Assembly: GCA_965219565.1 (NCBI GenBank)
Contig: OZ244780.1
Span: 2,476,256 to 2,540,255, forward strand
DNA: 64,000 nucleotides
Direction: 5' to 3'
Origin: Dehalococcoidia bacterium
GTDB lineage: Bacteria > Chloroflexota > Dehalococcoidia > Lucifugimonadales > JAGWBF01
Under the pieces are notes generated by a model that saw only the letters and a program-made list of their open reading frames with translations, searched no databases and had not been told where the DNA came from. The position numbers and the translations under genes are program-made. Of the stretch, positions 28,611 through 37,675 are shown piece after piece (positions within the stretch are counted from its first letter, which is position 1; each line of letters opens with the position of its first letter).

Positions 28611-29549
28611 TCACTTGGAGAGGTGGCCTACGAGCTCGAGGGTCCTTTGCACGGTGGCTGTTTTGTCGGGGCCGGCCGCAACGGGAGATACCAGGACTTC
28701 CGTGGCCCCCATGTCCAGCACACCTTGCAGCTTGGACGCCACCTGGTCTTCGTTCCCCCAGAAGACAGTCCCGTCTATCATAGCGTCGCTCCACTTGCCC
28801 GCAGACGCCTCCGGGTAGCCTGAGGCAATGAACATTCTCTGGTAGAAGGGGAGGCGGGTGTTCATGATTTGCTCCCGTACCGCCTTCCTGACCTCTTCGG
28901 TGTTTTCATTGACGCACACAGGGGCATGGGCGATAAGGGGAGGCGTAGGGCGACCAGCCTTCTGGGCACCCGCTTCCATGGCAGGAAGGGCCACGTCCCT
29001 CAGGTACGGCGGTGGGCAGACCCAGCTTATGGCCCCGTCGGCGACCTCGCCACACAGCTCGAAAGAGCCTTTTTGCAACGCCGACGCCATGACGGGCATG
29101 TCCATAGCCTCCGGGATAGTTCCCTCGGCCTTGTAGTGGTCTCCGTCGAACTCCACCGAGCCGGTCTGGATGAGCGCTTTCAGGATAAGGAGGTATTCCC
29201 GGAGATGCCCCAGGGGCGAGTTGAACTTGAACCCCATGCCCACCATGCTGGGCCGGTGGCTGGGGCCCACGCCGAGGCGGAACCGGCCGGGAGCCAACTG
29301 CCCCAACGCCTGCACCTGTTGCACCATAACCAGAGGATGCCTTGGGTAGGTGGGCACGATGGACGTGCCGTATAACGCCTTCCCAGGCCTGGACGCGGCC
29401 ACGGCCAGAACGGTCAGGCTGTCCAACCTTACCGCTCCGGTGGTCATCCACGCGGCGGGAATACCCAGTTCCTCCACCCGGTCTATCTCGGCCAGGACCT
29501 CCTGGACCTTAGACCCTGCTACTGCTACTCCGATTAGCTTGTCAGTCAT
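28611..29549 (-). CDS. luciferase-like (LLM class, probably F420-dependent) oxidoreductase
   Basis: 312 aa with TIM-barrel LLM pattern. LGIPAAWMT, RFRLGVGPSH, and a C-terminal stretch typical of F420-dependent LLM members. Confidence 0.7.
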   Translation of the reverse strand: MTDKLIGVAVAGSKVQEVLAEIDRVEELGIPAAWMTTGAVRLDSLTVLAVAASRPGKALYGTSIVPTYPRHPLVMVQQVQALGQLAPGRFRLGVGPSHRPSMVGMGFKFNSPLGHLREYLLILKALIQTGSVEFDGDHYKAEGTIPEAMDMPVMASALQKGSFELCGEVADGAISWVCPPPYLRDVALPAMEAGAQKAGRPTPPLIAHAPVCVNENTEEVRKAVREQIMNTRLPFYQRMFIASGYPEASAGKWSDAMIDGTVFWGNEDQVASKLQGVLDMGATEVLVSPVAAGPDKTATVQRTLELVGHLSK

Positions 29550-29703
29550 GGCGCCCCCTTGAAAAAACTAGCGCAAAATGGCATTGGGAGACGTTTGCGA
29601 GTTTAGCAATCGGACGGGTAGGCGTCAACGACACGAATTGACACTCCGAAAAGCCTTCCTTACACTACTCGAAACCCGATTCATCCACCTGGAAGGTCCC
29701 CAT

Positions 29704-30150
29704 TTGACCGATGAGAAACGCGTCTCCGTAGCCCCGTCCCGCTTCAGGCTCACCGGAGAGGACGGCGCCGACGGCTCCCTGATAGGCACGGCCTGCAACC
29801 AATGCAGCGCCCACTTCTTCGGCAGCCTGGTCTTCTGCCAGAGTTGCTCTTCCAGCGACGTGCGTTCGGTAGAGCTGAGCCGAACAGGAAGCCTCTACAG
29901 CTACACCATCGTCCGGGCGCCTCCGGCGGGTTGGCAGGGAGACGTTCCCTATGCCCTTGGGCAAGTGCAGACCAAGGAAGGCCCCCACGTGATATCGGAG
30001 ATAGTGGACACTCCTTTTGACAAAATCCGCGTGGGGATGGAACTGGAATTGACCGCGGCAGTGGGAGGCCAGGACTCTAAGGGCAACGACCTGGTGGTCT
30101 ACAAGTGGAAACGTCCGGGCGCCGCCGCCCGCACTGTTGAAGGAGGGTGA
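29704..30150 (+). CDS. DUF35 OB-fold / zinc-ribbon protein (thiolase partner)
   Basis: CNQC...CQSC zinc ribbon followed by an OB fold. TTG at 29704 has a GGAAGG RBS 7 nt upstream and gives 148 aa. The tracked ORF starts at 29578, only 28 nt from the divergent gene. The stop overlaps the thiolase gene region. Confidence 0.7.
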   Translation: MTDEKRVSVAPSRFRLTGEDGADGSLIGTACNQCSAHFFGSLVFCQSCSSSDVRSVELSRTGSLYSYTIVRAPPAGWQGDVPYALGQVQTKEGPHVISEIVDTPFDKIRVGMELELTAAVGGQDSKGNDLVVYKWKRPGAAARTVEGG

Positions 30151-30152
30151 AC

Positions 30153-31304
30153 ATGGCCCTTGCTCCTGGAAGAGAAGTGGTAGTGCTGGGTGTCGGGCTC
30201 CATCCTTTTGGGAGGTTTTCGGAAAAGGACCTAGCGGGACTAGCCCGTGACGCCGTGGTGGAAGCCCTGGGTGACGCCGGAGTCCGCTGGGCCGACGTGC
30301 AAGTAGCCTACTTCGGCCACGTCTACTACCAGGGCATGTCCATGGGCGAGGTGACTCTGAAGGACCTGGGCCTGACGGGAATCCCCATAATCAACGTGGA
30401 GAACGCGTGCTCCAGCGGCTCCACGGCTTTCTGGCAAGCCTACTGGGGGATAACCACCGGCCTCTACGACATGGCGCTGGCCTTTGGCGCCGAGAAGGTC
30501 CCGAGGGGGCCGGTGACGGTCACCGCCGAGGACAGCCCGGAACGGCTAATCGGAGCCGACCACATGATGGCCGCCTACGCTCTGAGGGCCCGGCGGTACA
30601 TGGAGGAGTACGGCGTCCCCATAGAAGCCCTGGGGGAAGTGGCGGTGAAAGCCCACGAGAACGCGGCCCTCAACCCCTACGCCCACTACAACAAGCTCTT
30701 CACCCTGGACCAGGTGCTGGAGTCCAGGGCCATAGCCGACCCATTGACCCTGTACCAGTGCTGCCCCACCAGTGAGGGCGGCTCGGCGGCAATACTTTGC
30801 GCTAAAGAAGCCGTAGCCCGCTACGCCCCCGACAACTCCCGCGCTATCTCAGTGGCCGGGGCCGTCCTGACCACTGGCACCTACACAGGCCGGGGAGCGG
30901 ACAATCCAGCCATGAATCCCTACCGTGGCGAAGAGGGCGCAAGGCAGGCCTATGAGATGGCGGGCATCGGACCCGAGGACGTGGACATTGTCCAGGTCCA
31001 CGACGCCGCCACCATCGGAGAGCTGCAGCAGCTTGAAACTCTTGAACTGCTGCCCAAGGGCGAGGCCTGGATAGCGTCCAGAGAGGGACGCACTCAACTC
31101 AGCGGAGACCTCCCCACCAACACCGACGGCGGTCTATTGGCCATGGGGCACCCCTTCGGAGCCACGGGCATCCGCCAGATTCACGAGACGGTGCTGCAAC
31201 TGCGCGGCGAGGCTGGCAAGCGTCAGGTAGCCGACCCCAAGGTGGGCATAGCTCAGTGCTCAGGCGCCGGCGACATCACCACGGTCCACATACTGAAGAA
31301 GTAG
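30153..31304 (+). CDS. thiolase-like protein (SCP-x type)
   Basis: VENACSSGSTAF, GHPFGATG, C-terminal CSGAGDITTVHILKK. The ATG at 30153 has AGGAGG 6 nt upstream, whereas the tracked GTG at 30147 has no spacing. Confidence 0.85.
   Translation: MALAPGREVVVLGVGLHPFGRFSEKDLAGLARDAVVEALGDAGVRWADVQVAYFGHVYYQGMSMGEVTLKDLGLTGIPIINVENACSSGSTAFWQAYWGITTGLYDMALAFGAEKVPRGPVTVTAEDSPERLIGADHMMAAYALRARRYMEEYGVPIEALGEVAVKAHENAALNPYAHYNKLFTLDQVLESRAIADPLTLYQCCPTSEGGSAAILCAKEAVARYAPDNSRAISVAGAVLTTGTYTGRGADNPAMNPYRGEEGARQAYEMAGIGPEDVDIVQVHDAATIGELQQLETLELLPKGEAWIASREGRTQLSGDLPTNTDGGLLAMGHPFGATGIRQIHETVLQLRGEAGKRQVADPKVGIAQCSGAGDITTVHILKK
31241..31301. repeat. direct repeat copy 1 (last 20 codons of the thiolase gene)
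   Basis: 61 nt, identical at 58/61 positions to 31810-31870. Confidence 0.9.
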
Positions 31305-31394
31305 GCTAGCCTCAGACCCCTTAAATAGGTGAGCCGAAGTGTACTGTACAGCGAACTTTGATTCAGTATTTCTCGATAAGGTAGGAGGCCAATC

Positions 31395-31790
31395 ATGAGC
31401 ACTACCACAGAAGGCAATGTGGTGCAGGTAGTCCATGGCACTCAGGACCCAAGTACCACAACCCAAACCCGGGGTATGATCAGAAGGCCCGGTATCGACG
31501 CCAACACCGTTGGCGCCGGCAAGATCTGGCTAGGCCACGTGACTTGTTCACCTAATACCTTGGGACCTCCACACCACCACGGCGAGGCAGAGACCGCAGC
31601 CTTCGTGTTGAGCGGTCAGGTCCGGGTCTACTTCGGAGAGAATTTCGAAGAATACGTGGATGCTGGCCCAGGGGACTTTATTTTCGTGCCAGCGCATATG
31701 CCCCATATTGAAGGGAACGTAACCGACGAACCTGCCGAGGCTGTGCTCTCGAGGGGTCCAGACAACATAGTGATTAATCTGGGGGAGTGA
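31395..31790 (+). CDS. cupin domain protein
   Basis: 131 aa. GPPHHHGEAETAAFVLSG...GDFIFVPAHMPH, the two cupin motifs. Confidence 0.75.
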   Translation: MSTTTEGNVVQVVHGTQDPSTTTQTRGMIRRPGIDANTVGAGKIWLGHVTCSPNTLGPPHHHGEAETAAFVLSGQVRVYFGENFEEYVDAGPGDFIFVPAHMPHIEGNVTDEPAEAVLSRGPDNIVINLGE

Positions 31791-31809
31791 GCGCTCCCGG
31801 GGTTGCTGG

Positions 31810-31870
31810 GGTGGGCATAGCCCAGCGCTCAGGCGTCGGCGACATCACCACGGTCCACATACTGAAGAAG
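31810..31870. repeat. direct repeat copy 2 (detached relic of the thiolase 3-prime end)
   Basis: Encodes VGIAQRSGVGDITTVHILKK, then reads on (CAG instead of TAG) into non-homologous sequence. Sits inside tracked ORF 31787..32035. Confidence 0.85.
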
Positions 31871-32077
31871 CAGGGCGGGGGTGCGTTGCTCCCTCTGCTT
31901 TCTAGGGTAGGGTCGTCAGTAAAGTACTTTCTACTGAACCTGTGGGCACCACTATGCGAGATCGAGGCATCCCCGTTACACGGTGGTCGATGTCCGAACC
32001 ATGCTTTATTTTCTTGGGCTGAGCCCGGTCGTTAGGTGACCACACCATTCCCTGTCTGAACTCCATTCCCACCGGGA

Positions 32078-32914
32078 CTAGCCATCGGAAACGTCCAAAT
32101 ACATTCTTCGCTGTCCAGACCTCAACCTGCCAATTGACTTCTCCCAGAAATCAAGACCCCTAGGGTGCTTCGAAGCGAAAAGAAGGTAGAACATTGGGAC
32201 TCCGGTTGAGTTCCGTATGGCCATTGGATCACCAAATTGAGTGTAATCCAATTTTTTTCTAAGGCTATCTCGAAACGTATCGATTAACACTGTGGTAGAG
32301 GGATTAGAGACATCGCCTTGTGATTCCCAGTAGCGGGTCCGCCAATTCTTGTCGTTAAGGAATGTGTCAACCGCCGCGATTAGACGATGCGCGTTCCTTT
32401 TGATTGCCGTTGTATGAAATGTGACTATAAGGTCAGTCGCCGGTCTTTGTCCCAAATGGGAGAGGCCGTCGAATGTTAGCTCATAATTCCACGGATCGAT
32501 TAATGCAAGAGTCAGAGCACCTTTCGGAATCTGCTCAGCGATCTCCTTCGCTGCTCGATTGCAGTCCAGGTTGAAGTATTCGACATTGGCCTGTGGATCA
32601 AGCTGCTGCTGTCGTCTAGTGAGTGCGTTCACAAAGTCTTTGTCTATGTCGTTGAAATACAAGTGGGTGAACGGCGTCTGGCATTTGAGGGCTACAATCG
32701 GAGACCCGTCAAACTCGGTTCCTGTTCCCCTTTCTTTGCATAGGCCTGGCCCAGCGAAGAGGTCGACATATGCCCGAGTTTGCCAACGGTTTTTCATACC
32801 CCCATTGAACAAGGAGCTAAAGTACCTGACGAAGTGAAGTTTGTCTTCGCTCCAAGGCCCTTGTATCAAGGTTGGCAGGCCGTCACTTCCGGGTTCAGTT
32901 CCTTGGCCGGGCAC
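32078..32914 (-). CDS. three-Cys-motif partner protein (TcmP-like), putative methyltransferase fold
   Basis: 278 aa. W..DKLHFVRYF then YVDLFAGPGL (SAM motif-I-like). Overlaps the upstream DUF5131 gene by 20 nt. Local GC is far below the window average (one 60-nt line is 35% GC). Confidence 0.7.
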   Translation of the reverse strand: MPGQGTEPGSDGLPTLIQGPWSEDKLHFVRYFSSLFNGGMKNRWQTRAYVDLFAGPGLCKERGTGTEFDGSPIVALKCQTPFTHLYFNDIDKDFVNALTRRQQQLDPQANVEYFNLDCNRAAKEIAEQIPKGALTLALIDPWNYELTFDGLSHLGQRPATDLIVTFHTTAIKRNAHRLIAAVDTFLNDKNWRTRYWESQGDVSNPSTTVLIDTFRDSLRKKLDYTQFGDPMAIRNSTGVPMFYLLFASKHPRGLDFWEKSIGRLRSGQRRMYLDVSDG

Positions 32915-33662
32915 CAGCGACTTCCTTTACCGACAAGGTTTGATCGGGCATGTCATCCCAGTGACGCCCATCGAGTTCCCGGCCCCCAGACTTGCTGGTC
33001 CTGCCACCCCATTGCTTGAAGAAGAAGGGTACGCCTACTTCCGCACAATCGTCTCTGATGCGTATAGCCCATTCCTCACTCATCGGTCTTGCTCTGTGCC
33101 CACTCTCGCCTCCAACGATCACCCATTGGAGGTTGGTTAGGTACGGAGTCAGATCCACAGCTTTCAACAGAGGCTCAACTGATATGAATCGCACTTTGGC
33201 AGGAATCTGCTGAAGTATAGGTATACGTCGGTCTGCCCAATACTGACTCTCGACCGAGGTCCCAGCCCAAACGTGATCTGGCCAGTTCAGGCGTTGCGTT
33301 TCCCATTCGACGAACTCCAGCATTCGTTCTGGCCGCTTCGTCAGCACCTGATATACATGGGCGTCATAAGTCTCCATCTTGTGGAACACCTCGCGTATGT
33401 ATTCGAACGGAACCTCTTCGTGGAAGAGGTCACTCATGCTGTTGACGAATACACGCCGCGGTGTACGCCAATTGCCGGGGACCTCCAGTCTCTCTGGGTG
33501 GAGGCGCACGGTGGTTTTCCCTGGAAGAAAGGGACCGCCACGTTTGAATCTAAGGGTGATGGCCTCCGCGTAGCAGTGGGCACATCCAGGGCTGACCTTA
33601 GTACAGCCTGTCACAGGATTCCAGGTGGCGTCAGTCCATTCGATGGCACTGTTGTCCGACAA
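32895..33662 (-). CDS. DUF5131 / phage Gp37-Gp68 family protein (three-Cys motif)
   Basis: 255 aa. N-terminal IEWTDATWNPVTGCTKVSPGCAHCYA is the family signature as I remember it. TTG start. Confidence 0.8.
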   Translation of the reverse strand: MSDNSAIEWTDATWNPVTGCTKVSPGCAHCYAEAITLRFKRGGPFLPGKTTVRLHPERLEVPGNWRTPRRVFVNSMSDLFHEEVPFEYIREVFHKMETYDAHVYQVLTKRPERMLEFVEWETQRLNWPDHVWAGTSVESQYWADRRIPILQQIPAKVRFISVEPLLKAVDLTPYLTNLQWVIVGGESGHRARPMSEEWAIRIRDDCAEVGVPFFFKQWGGRTSKSGGRELDGRHWDDMPDQTLSVKEVAGARPRN

Positions 33663-34070
33663 AGGTTAGCTTTCCACTCCTCTAGTGTCACCATTAGAAC
33701 AAAATAGAACACAATCGTTCGAGCAAAGTCAAGGCGTAGTCAGAGCCTGAACGGTGTACTATAGGACGAGCGGGTTCATCTGGCCTTCGGAGAAGCGGCT
33801 TATCTTCTGTAGTGAAAAAGGGATTTAACCATTCTCGTCGCGAGTGCTGAAAATGAAGAGCCCGATATTTGACGGCTTCGTCAGCCGCAGTCATTGCTGT
33901 TGTGAGCGTGAAGGACCGCGAGCCCTCACGCCCTCTAGAACGCTTGCTTCCCCACTACGACCGAACTATCACTGGGGATTACAGGCAAGCAAGTACGACT
34001 GTTATCTCGCCACATCATTAGTGAGGGCTATGGGCCACGTTGCTTGCCGAAAACTGCGTCGTTGAGGCGC

Positions 34071-34919
34071 CTATCTCTCGATGGGGGCCCTGACGATGCT
34101 TCCGTATTCGGTCCAGGAACCGTCGTAGTTGCGGACGTTGTCGTAGCCCAGAAGCCGGCTCAGCACGAACCAGGTGTGGGAGGAACGTTCGCCAATCCGG
34201 CAGTAGGCGATGGTCTCCTTGCCTCCGTCCACACCCTTGCCGCCGTATATGGCCGCCAACTCGTCGGCTGACTTGAACGTCCCGTCTTCCGCCACGGCGG
34301 TAGCCCATGGCACATTGGCCGCCCCGGGGATGTGGCCGCCCCTTTGTGAACCCTCTTGGGGAAGGTGTTCAGGAGCCAGAAGCTCTCCGCTGAACTCCGC
34401 CGGAGAACGCACGTCGACCAGGGCGATGTTCCCTGACTGGACGGCGCTCAAGACCTGCTCCCTGTAGGCGCGGATAGACTCGTCGGGGGGGCCGGCCGAG
34501 TAGCTCTTGGCTGCGTGGCTGGACGCGTCGGTGGTCAGCGGCCTGTCCTCGGCCACCCACTTGGCCCGCCCGCCGTTCATGAGCCGCACGTCGTCGTGGC
34601 CGTAGTACTTCATCTGCCAGAAGGCCCACGAGGCAAACCAGTTGTTGTTGTCGCCGTAGAGAATCACTGTGGTGTCATTGTCGATGCTCGACTGGCCCAG
34701 AAGCTCTTCCATCTCGCTCTGGCTGACGATGTCGCGGCTCACGTTGTCCTGAAGCTGGCTCTTCCAGTTCCAGGCGACGGCGCCGGCTATGTGGCCTTGC
34801 TCGTAGGCCATGGTGTCCACGTCCACCTCTACCAATCGGACGTTGTCGTCGCTTCCGTGGTCAGCCACCCACTGGGTGTCAACCAGGGACTCAGGATGCG
34901 CGTAGTCGGCCATAGCCAC
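34071..34919 (-). CDS. tandem-rhodanese sulfurtransferase (thiosulfate / 3-mercaptopyruvate type)
   Basis: 282 aa with two rhodanese domains and active-site loop YCRIGERSS. Confidence 0.85.
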   Translation of the reverse strand: MAMADYAHPESLVDTQWVADHGSDDNVRLVEVDVDTMAYEQGHIAGAVAWNWKSQLQDNVSRDIVSQSEMEELLGQSSIDNDTTVILYGDNNNWFASWAFWQMKYYGHDDVRLMNGGRAKWVAEDRPLTTDASSHAAKSYSAGPPDESIRAYREQVLSAVQSGNIALVDVRSPAEFSGELLAPEHLPQEGSQRGGHIPGAANVPWATAVAEDGTFKSADELAAIYGGKGVDGGKETIAYCRIGERSSHTWFVLSRLLGYDNVRNYDGSWTEYGSIVRAPIER

Positions 34920-35011
34920 ACCTCCGGATTGTGTTGCAGGGTTGTTGAAACTTGCGCTAGAGCAATCGAGTCGATATTAAGACGCCACGTTATAACTGTC
35001 AAATTGGCGAA

Positions 35012-35040
35012 TTGACTCGACGCCTGCCCCAGATTACAAT
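35012..35040 (+). promoter_or_regulatory. sigma-70-like promoter TTGACT-N17-TACAAT
   Basis: -35 at 35012-35017 and -10 at 35035-35040, 78 nt upstream of the enoyl-CoA hydratase ATG. An imperfect palindrome GTCAAATT-GGCG-AATTGAC overlaps the -35. Confidence 0.4.
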
Positions 35041-35117
35041 GCGAATCGCCGAGCGGCGAGGTTTCCCGCGCAGTTGCGCTGCCGAATTCATCCCCACACT
35101 CGTTACGAGGAGCAACC

Positions 35118-35906
35118 ATGTCCTACCAGACCATCGTAGTTGAAAACTCCGAAGGGGTGGCCACCATCACGCTCAACAGGCCCGAGGTGCTGAACGCCAT
35201 GAACCACGTTCTGGTGGGAGAGCTTGACCAGGCCATGTCTGAAGCGGAGGAGGACGACTCCATCGCGGCCATTATTCTCACCGGCGCAGGAGACAGGGCT
35301 TTCTCAGCGGGCGCCGACATTCACGAGCAACGGGAAGACGCCACGAAACGAGAGAGCGGCGAACTGACCGAGGACGAAGACCGTCATAACAGGGCGGTAC
35401 GGTCCCAGGCCAGCTGGCACGTAGGTTCCTCTTCAAAGCCGGTCATCGGCGCTCTCAACGGACTGTCCTACGGCGGCGGCAGCGTACTGGCATCCTCCCT
35501 GGACATCCGGGTTGGATGCGAGCGTTCCAGGTTTCGGTTCCTGGCAGCCGCGTACGGCCGTCTCAACTGCACCTGGACCCTTCCGCAGCAGGTGGGCTGG
35601 CCCATCGCCAAGGAGCTTCTCTTCACAGGCCGGGTTGTGGAACCCGACGAGGCCCACCGCATCGGACTGCTCAACCACCTTGTCTCCCACGACCGGGTGA
35701 TGGAGAAGGCCCGGGAGATTGCGGTAACCATCGCAGGGAACAACCAGAACTCGGTGCGGGGCCTGAAGAAGCTGCTGATGGAAGACGTGGGGTCCGGGTT
35801 CCAGGAGATGTGGGAGCGGGAGCGAAACTTCCTGAGGGACGACTTTGTGGCTCCCCACGTAGAGGACTCCTTCAAGGAGTTCATAGAGCGCAAGGGCCGG
35901 TCTTAG
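35118..35906 (+). CDS. enoyl-CoA hydratase/isomerase (crotonase) family
   Basis: 262 aa. ITLNRPEVLNA, GAGDRAFSAGADI, NGLSYGGG. Confidence 0.85.
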   Translation: MSYQTIVVENSEGVATITLNRPEVLNAMNHVLVGELDQAMSEAEEDDSIAAIILTGAGDRAFSAGADIHEQREDATKRESGELTEDEDRHNRAVRSQASWHVGSSSKPVIGALNGLSYGGGSVLASSLDIRVGCERSRFRFLAAAYGRLNCTWTLPQQVGWPIAKELLFTGRVVEPDEAHRIGLLNHLVSHDRVMEKAREIAVTIAGNNQNSVRGLKKLLMEDVGSGFQEMWERERNFLRDDFVAPHVEDSFKEFIERKGRS

Positions 35907-35950
35907 AGCAGCAGGGACGCCCAACAAACAGGGATTTTTGGCCCCCGGCT

Positions 35951-35987
35951 CACCGCCATCTCAATCTTCCCCCTCAAGAGGGAAGAG
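35951..35987. repeat. hairpin repeat, copy D (single type-3 unit, inverted)
   Basis: CACCGCCATCTCAATCTTCCCCCTCAAGAGGGAAGAG is the reverse complement of the second unit of copy C (54768-54805), apart from a few substitutions. Confidence 0.7.
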
Positions 35988-36004
35988 ACTTTGCGAAGGC
36001 TTCG

Positions 36005-36361
36005 TTACAGCTGATTCCTCAGCTTCGCCAAAAACTGGTCCACCTGGTGCAGATGGAGAGTAATCGCAGGTCGGCTCAGCCAACCCTCATAGAAGTTGAT
36101 GTGCAAGTTTGCAGCGCTGCCGAATTGGAGCCTGAGGTCATCATCTTCGGCTTCTTGCGCAAGCTTAGAAACAGCGTCATGCAGGTCATGGTGGCTCTTG
36201 TGGTCCCACCGGCGTTTTTCAGCAACGGCCTTGACCATTTGCGAGGCCGCACCCCAACCCTTTTCCGAGGCTTGCCGCAAATCGTCCTTCTCTAGCTCTT
36301 CCTGGGCCTGCCGCCAGTATTCCGCCGATTGCTCAGCATAAGTTTTTCTCGCCGTTGTCAT
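36005..36361 (-). CDS. PaREP1-like (HEPN-superfamily-like) helical protein
   Basis: 118 aa. DLRQASEKGWGAASQMVKAVAEKRRWDHKSHHDLHDAVSKLA...NLHINFYE matches my memory of the PaREP1 family pattern. Confidence 0.55.
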   Translation of the reverse strand: MTTARKTYAEQSAEYWRQAQEELEKDDLRQASEKGWGAASQMVKAVAEKRRWDHKSHHDLHDAVSKLAQEAEDDDLRLQFGSAANLHINFYEGWLSRPAITLHLHQVDQFLAKLRNQL

Positions 36362-36457
36362 GTATTGAGCCTTCCCCTACTTATAGGATTCATGCTACAC
36401 CCTCGCGTTGGACTGTTAAGGAAGACAGGAAATGAAGGGCCCGCGAGCGCCCGGCGT

Positions 36458-37660
36458 CTACTGGATGATTTCCTTGTCCAGCATCTCCTGTATCTGGGTG
36501 TCGCTGTAGCCCATCCCTGACAGGACCTCTTTGGTATGCTGGCCTACGGTGGGACCGAGGTTCCTGAATCCCGGCGGGGTGTCCGACATGTGGAGCGACG
36601 ACGCCGGCTGGATAATCTTCTCCCCTTCGGGCCCTTCCAACTCCAGGACCATGCCCCGTTCGACCAGGTGAGGGTCTTGCATGGCCTCGTCGATGGAGTA
36701 GACCTTTCCGACGCATATGTCTTTGTCCTTTAGCTCCTCGAACCATTCGTCCATAGTCTTGGTCTTGAAAGTGTCCGTGAGAAGCTGAAAAACCTCCTGG
36801 CGTTTCTCACCCTCGGTATGCTGGTGGGAGACAAGGTCGGGCCGTTCCAGGTAGTTGCAGAGGTTCTCCCAAAACCAGGGTTCAAGCGCCGCGACGGAAA
36901 TGTACTGCCTGTCCTTGGTTTCGTAAACGTTGTAATGAGGGTAGCCGCCATTGAGCCTGTTGCGCCCTCGTACGGGAATCTCCCCATAGGTCTGGTGACG
37001 GGCGATCAGAGCGGCCATCAGGTAGAAGGCGCCCTCGGCCATTCCTATGTCGATGTATTGGCCACGCCCCGTCTTCTCGCGGGCAATGATGGCGGCCAGA
37101 ATAGCGACGGCGCTGCAGAGGCTGCCTCCGGCATAGTCCGCTATGTAGTTCATAGGGATGGCTGGTTTGTCGTTGGGATCGTATCCCACGAAGTCCAGGG
37201 CTCCCGCCAGGGAGATATAGTTGATGTCGTGGCCCGCCATTAGCTTATAGGGGCCGTCCTGGCCATACCCTGACAGGGACAAATAGACGATTCGCGGATT
37301 AATTTCATTGATGGTCTCGTATCCGACGCCCAACCGGTCAACCACGCCGGGACGAAAACCCTCGATGACGACGTCAGCGTCCTTGGCCAAGCTGTAGAAG
37401 ATATCCTGAGCCTCTCTATGCTTCAGGTTCAAGGCGATGCTCCGTTTGTTCCGGTGCATGGCGCTGTACTGCAAATCTTTCGACACTTGGCCCCAGCTTG
37501 CGGCTCCCGTTGAACTGCGCTCGAACGCGGTCCGCGCGCTATCCATGGGGCGTTCGACCTTGAGTACGTCGGCGCCCAGGTCACCCAGCATCATCGTGCA
37601 GAACTCACCCGGAGTGTTGCGGGTCAGGTCCAGAATCTTGATTCCATCTAGGGCGAACAT
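36458..37660 (-). CDS. CaiB/BaiF family III CoA-transferase
   Basis: 400 aa. LDGIKILDLTRNTPGEFCTMMLGDLGADVLKVERP, catalytic-Asp region GHDINY. Confidence 0.85.
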   Translation of the reverse strand: MFALDGIKILDLTRNTPGEFCTMMLGDLGADVLKVERPMDSARTAFERSSTGAASWGQVSKDLQYSAMHRNKRSIALNLKHREAQDIFYSLAKDADVVIEGFRPGVVDRLGVGYETINEINPRIVYLSLSGYGQDGPYKLMAGHDINYISLAGALDFVGYDPNDKPAIPMNYIADYAGGSLCSAVAILAAIIAREKTGRGQYIDIGMAEGAFYLMAALIARHQTYGEIPVRGRNRLNGGYPHYNVYETKDRQYISVAALEPWFWENLCNYLERPDLVSHQHTEGEKRQEVFQLLTDTFKTKTMDEWFEELKDKDICVGKVYSIDEAMQDPHLVERGMVLELEGPEGEKIIQPASSLHMSDTPPGFRNLGPTVGQHTKEVLSGMGYSDTQIQEMLDKEIIQ

Positions 37661-37675
37661 CCTTCGTCTCCTGAA

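Noticed and set aside
31787-32035. 82-aa ORF following the cupin gene
   Set aside because: Its only meaningful part (VGIAQRSGVGDITTVHILKK) is a duplicated fragment of the thiolase C-terminus. The rest is low-quality sequence in the AT-rich junction. I treat it as a relic rather than a gene.
33694-33894. 66-codon ORF upstream of the DUF5131 gene as a third member of the islet operon
   Set aside because: It has no Shine-Dalgarno sequence and no recognisable motif, and a plus-strand ORF of similar size overlaps it. I mention it in the islet finding but do not call it.
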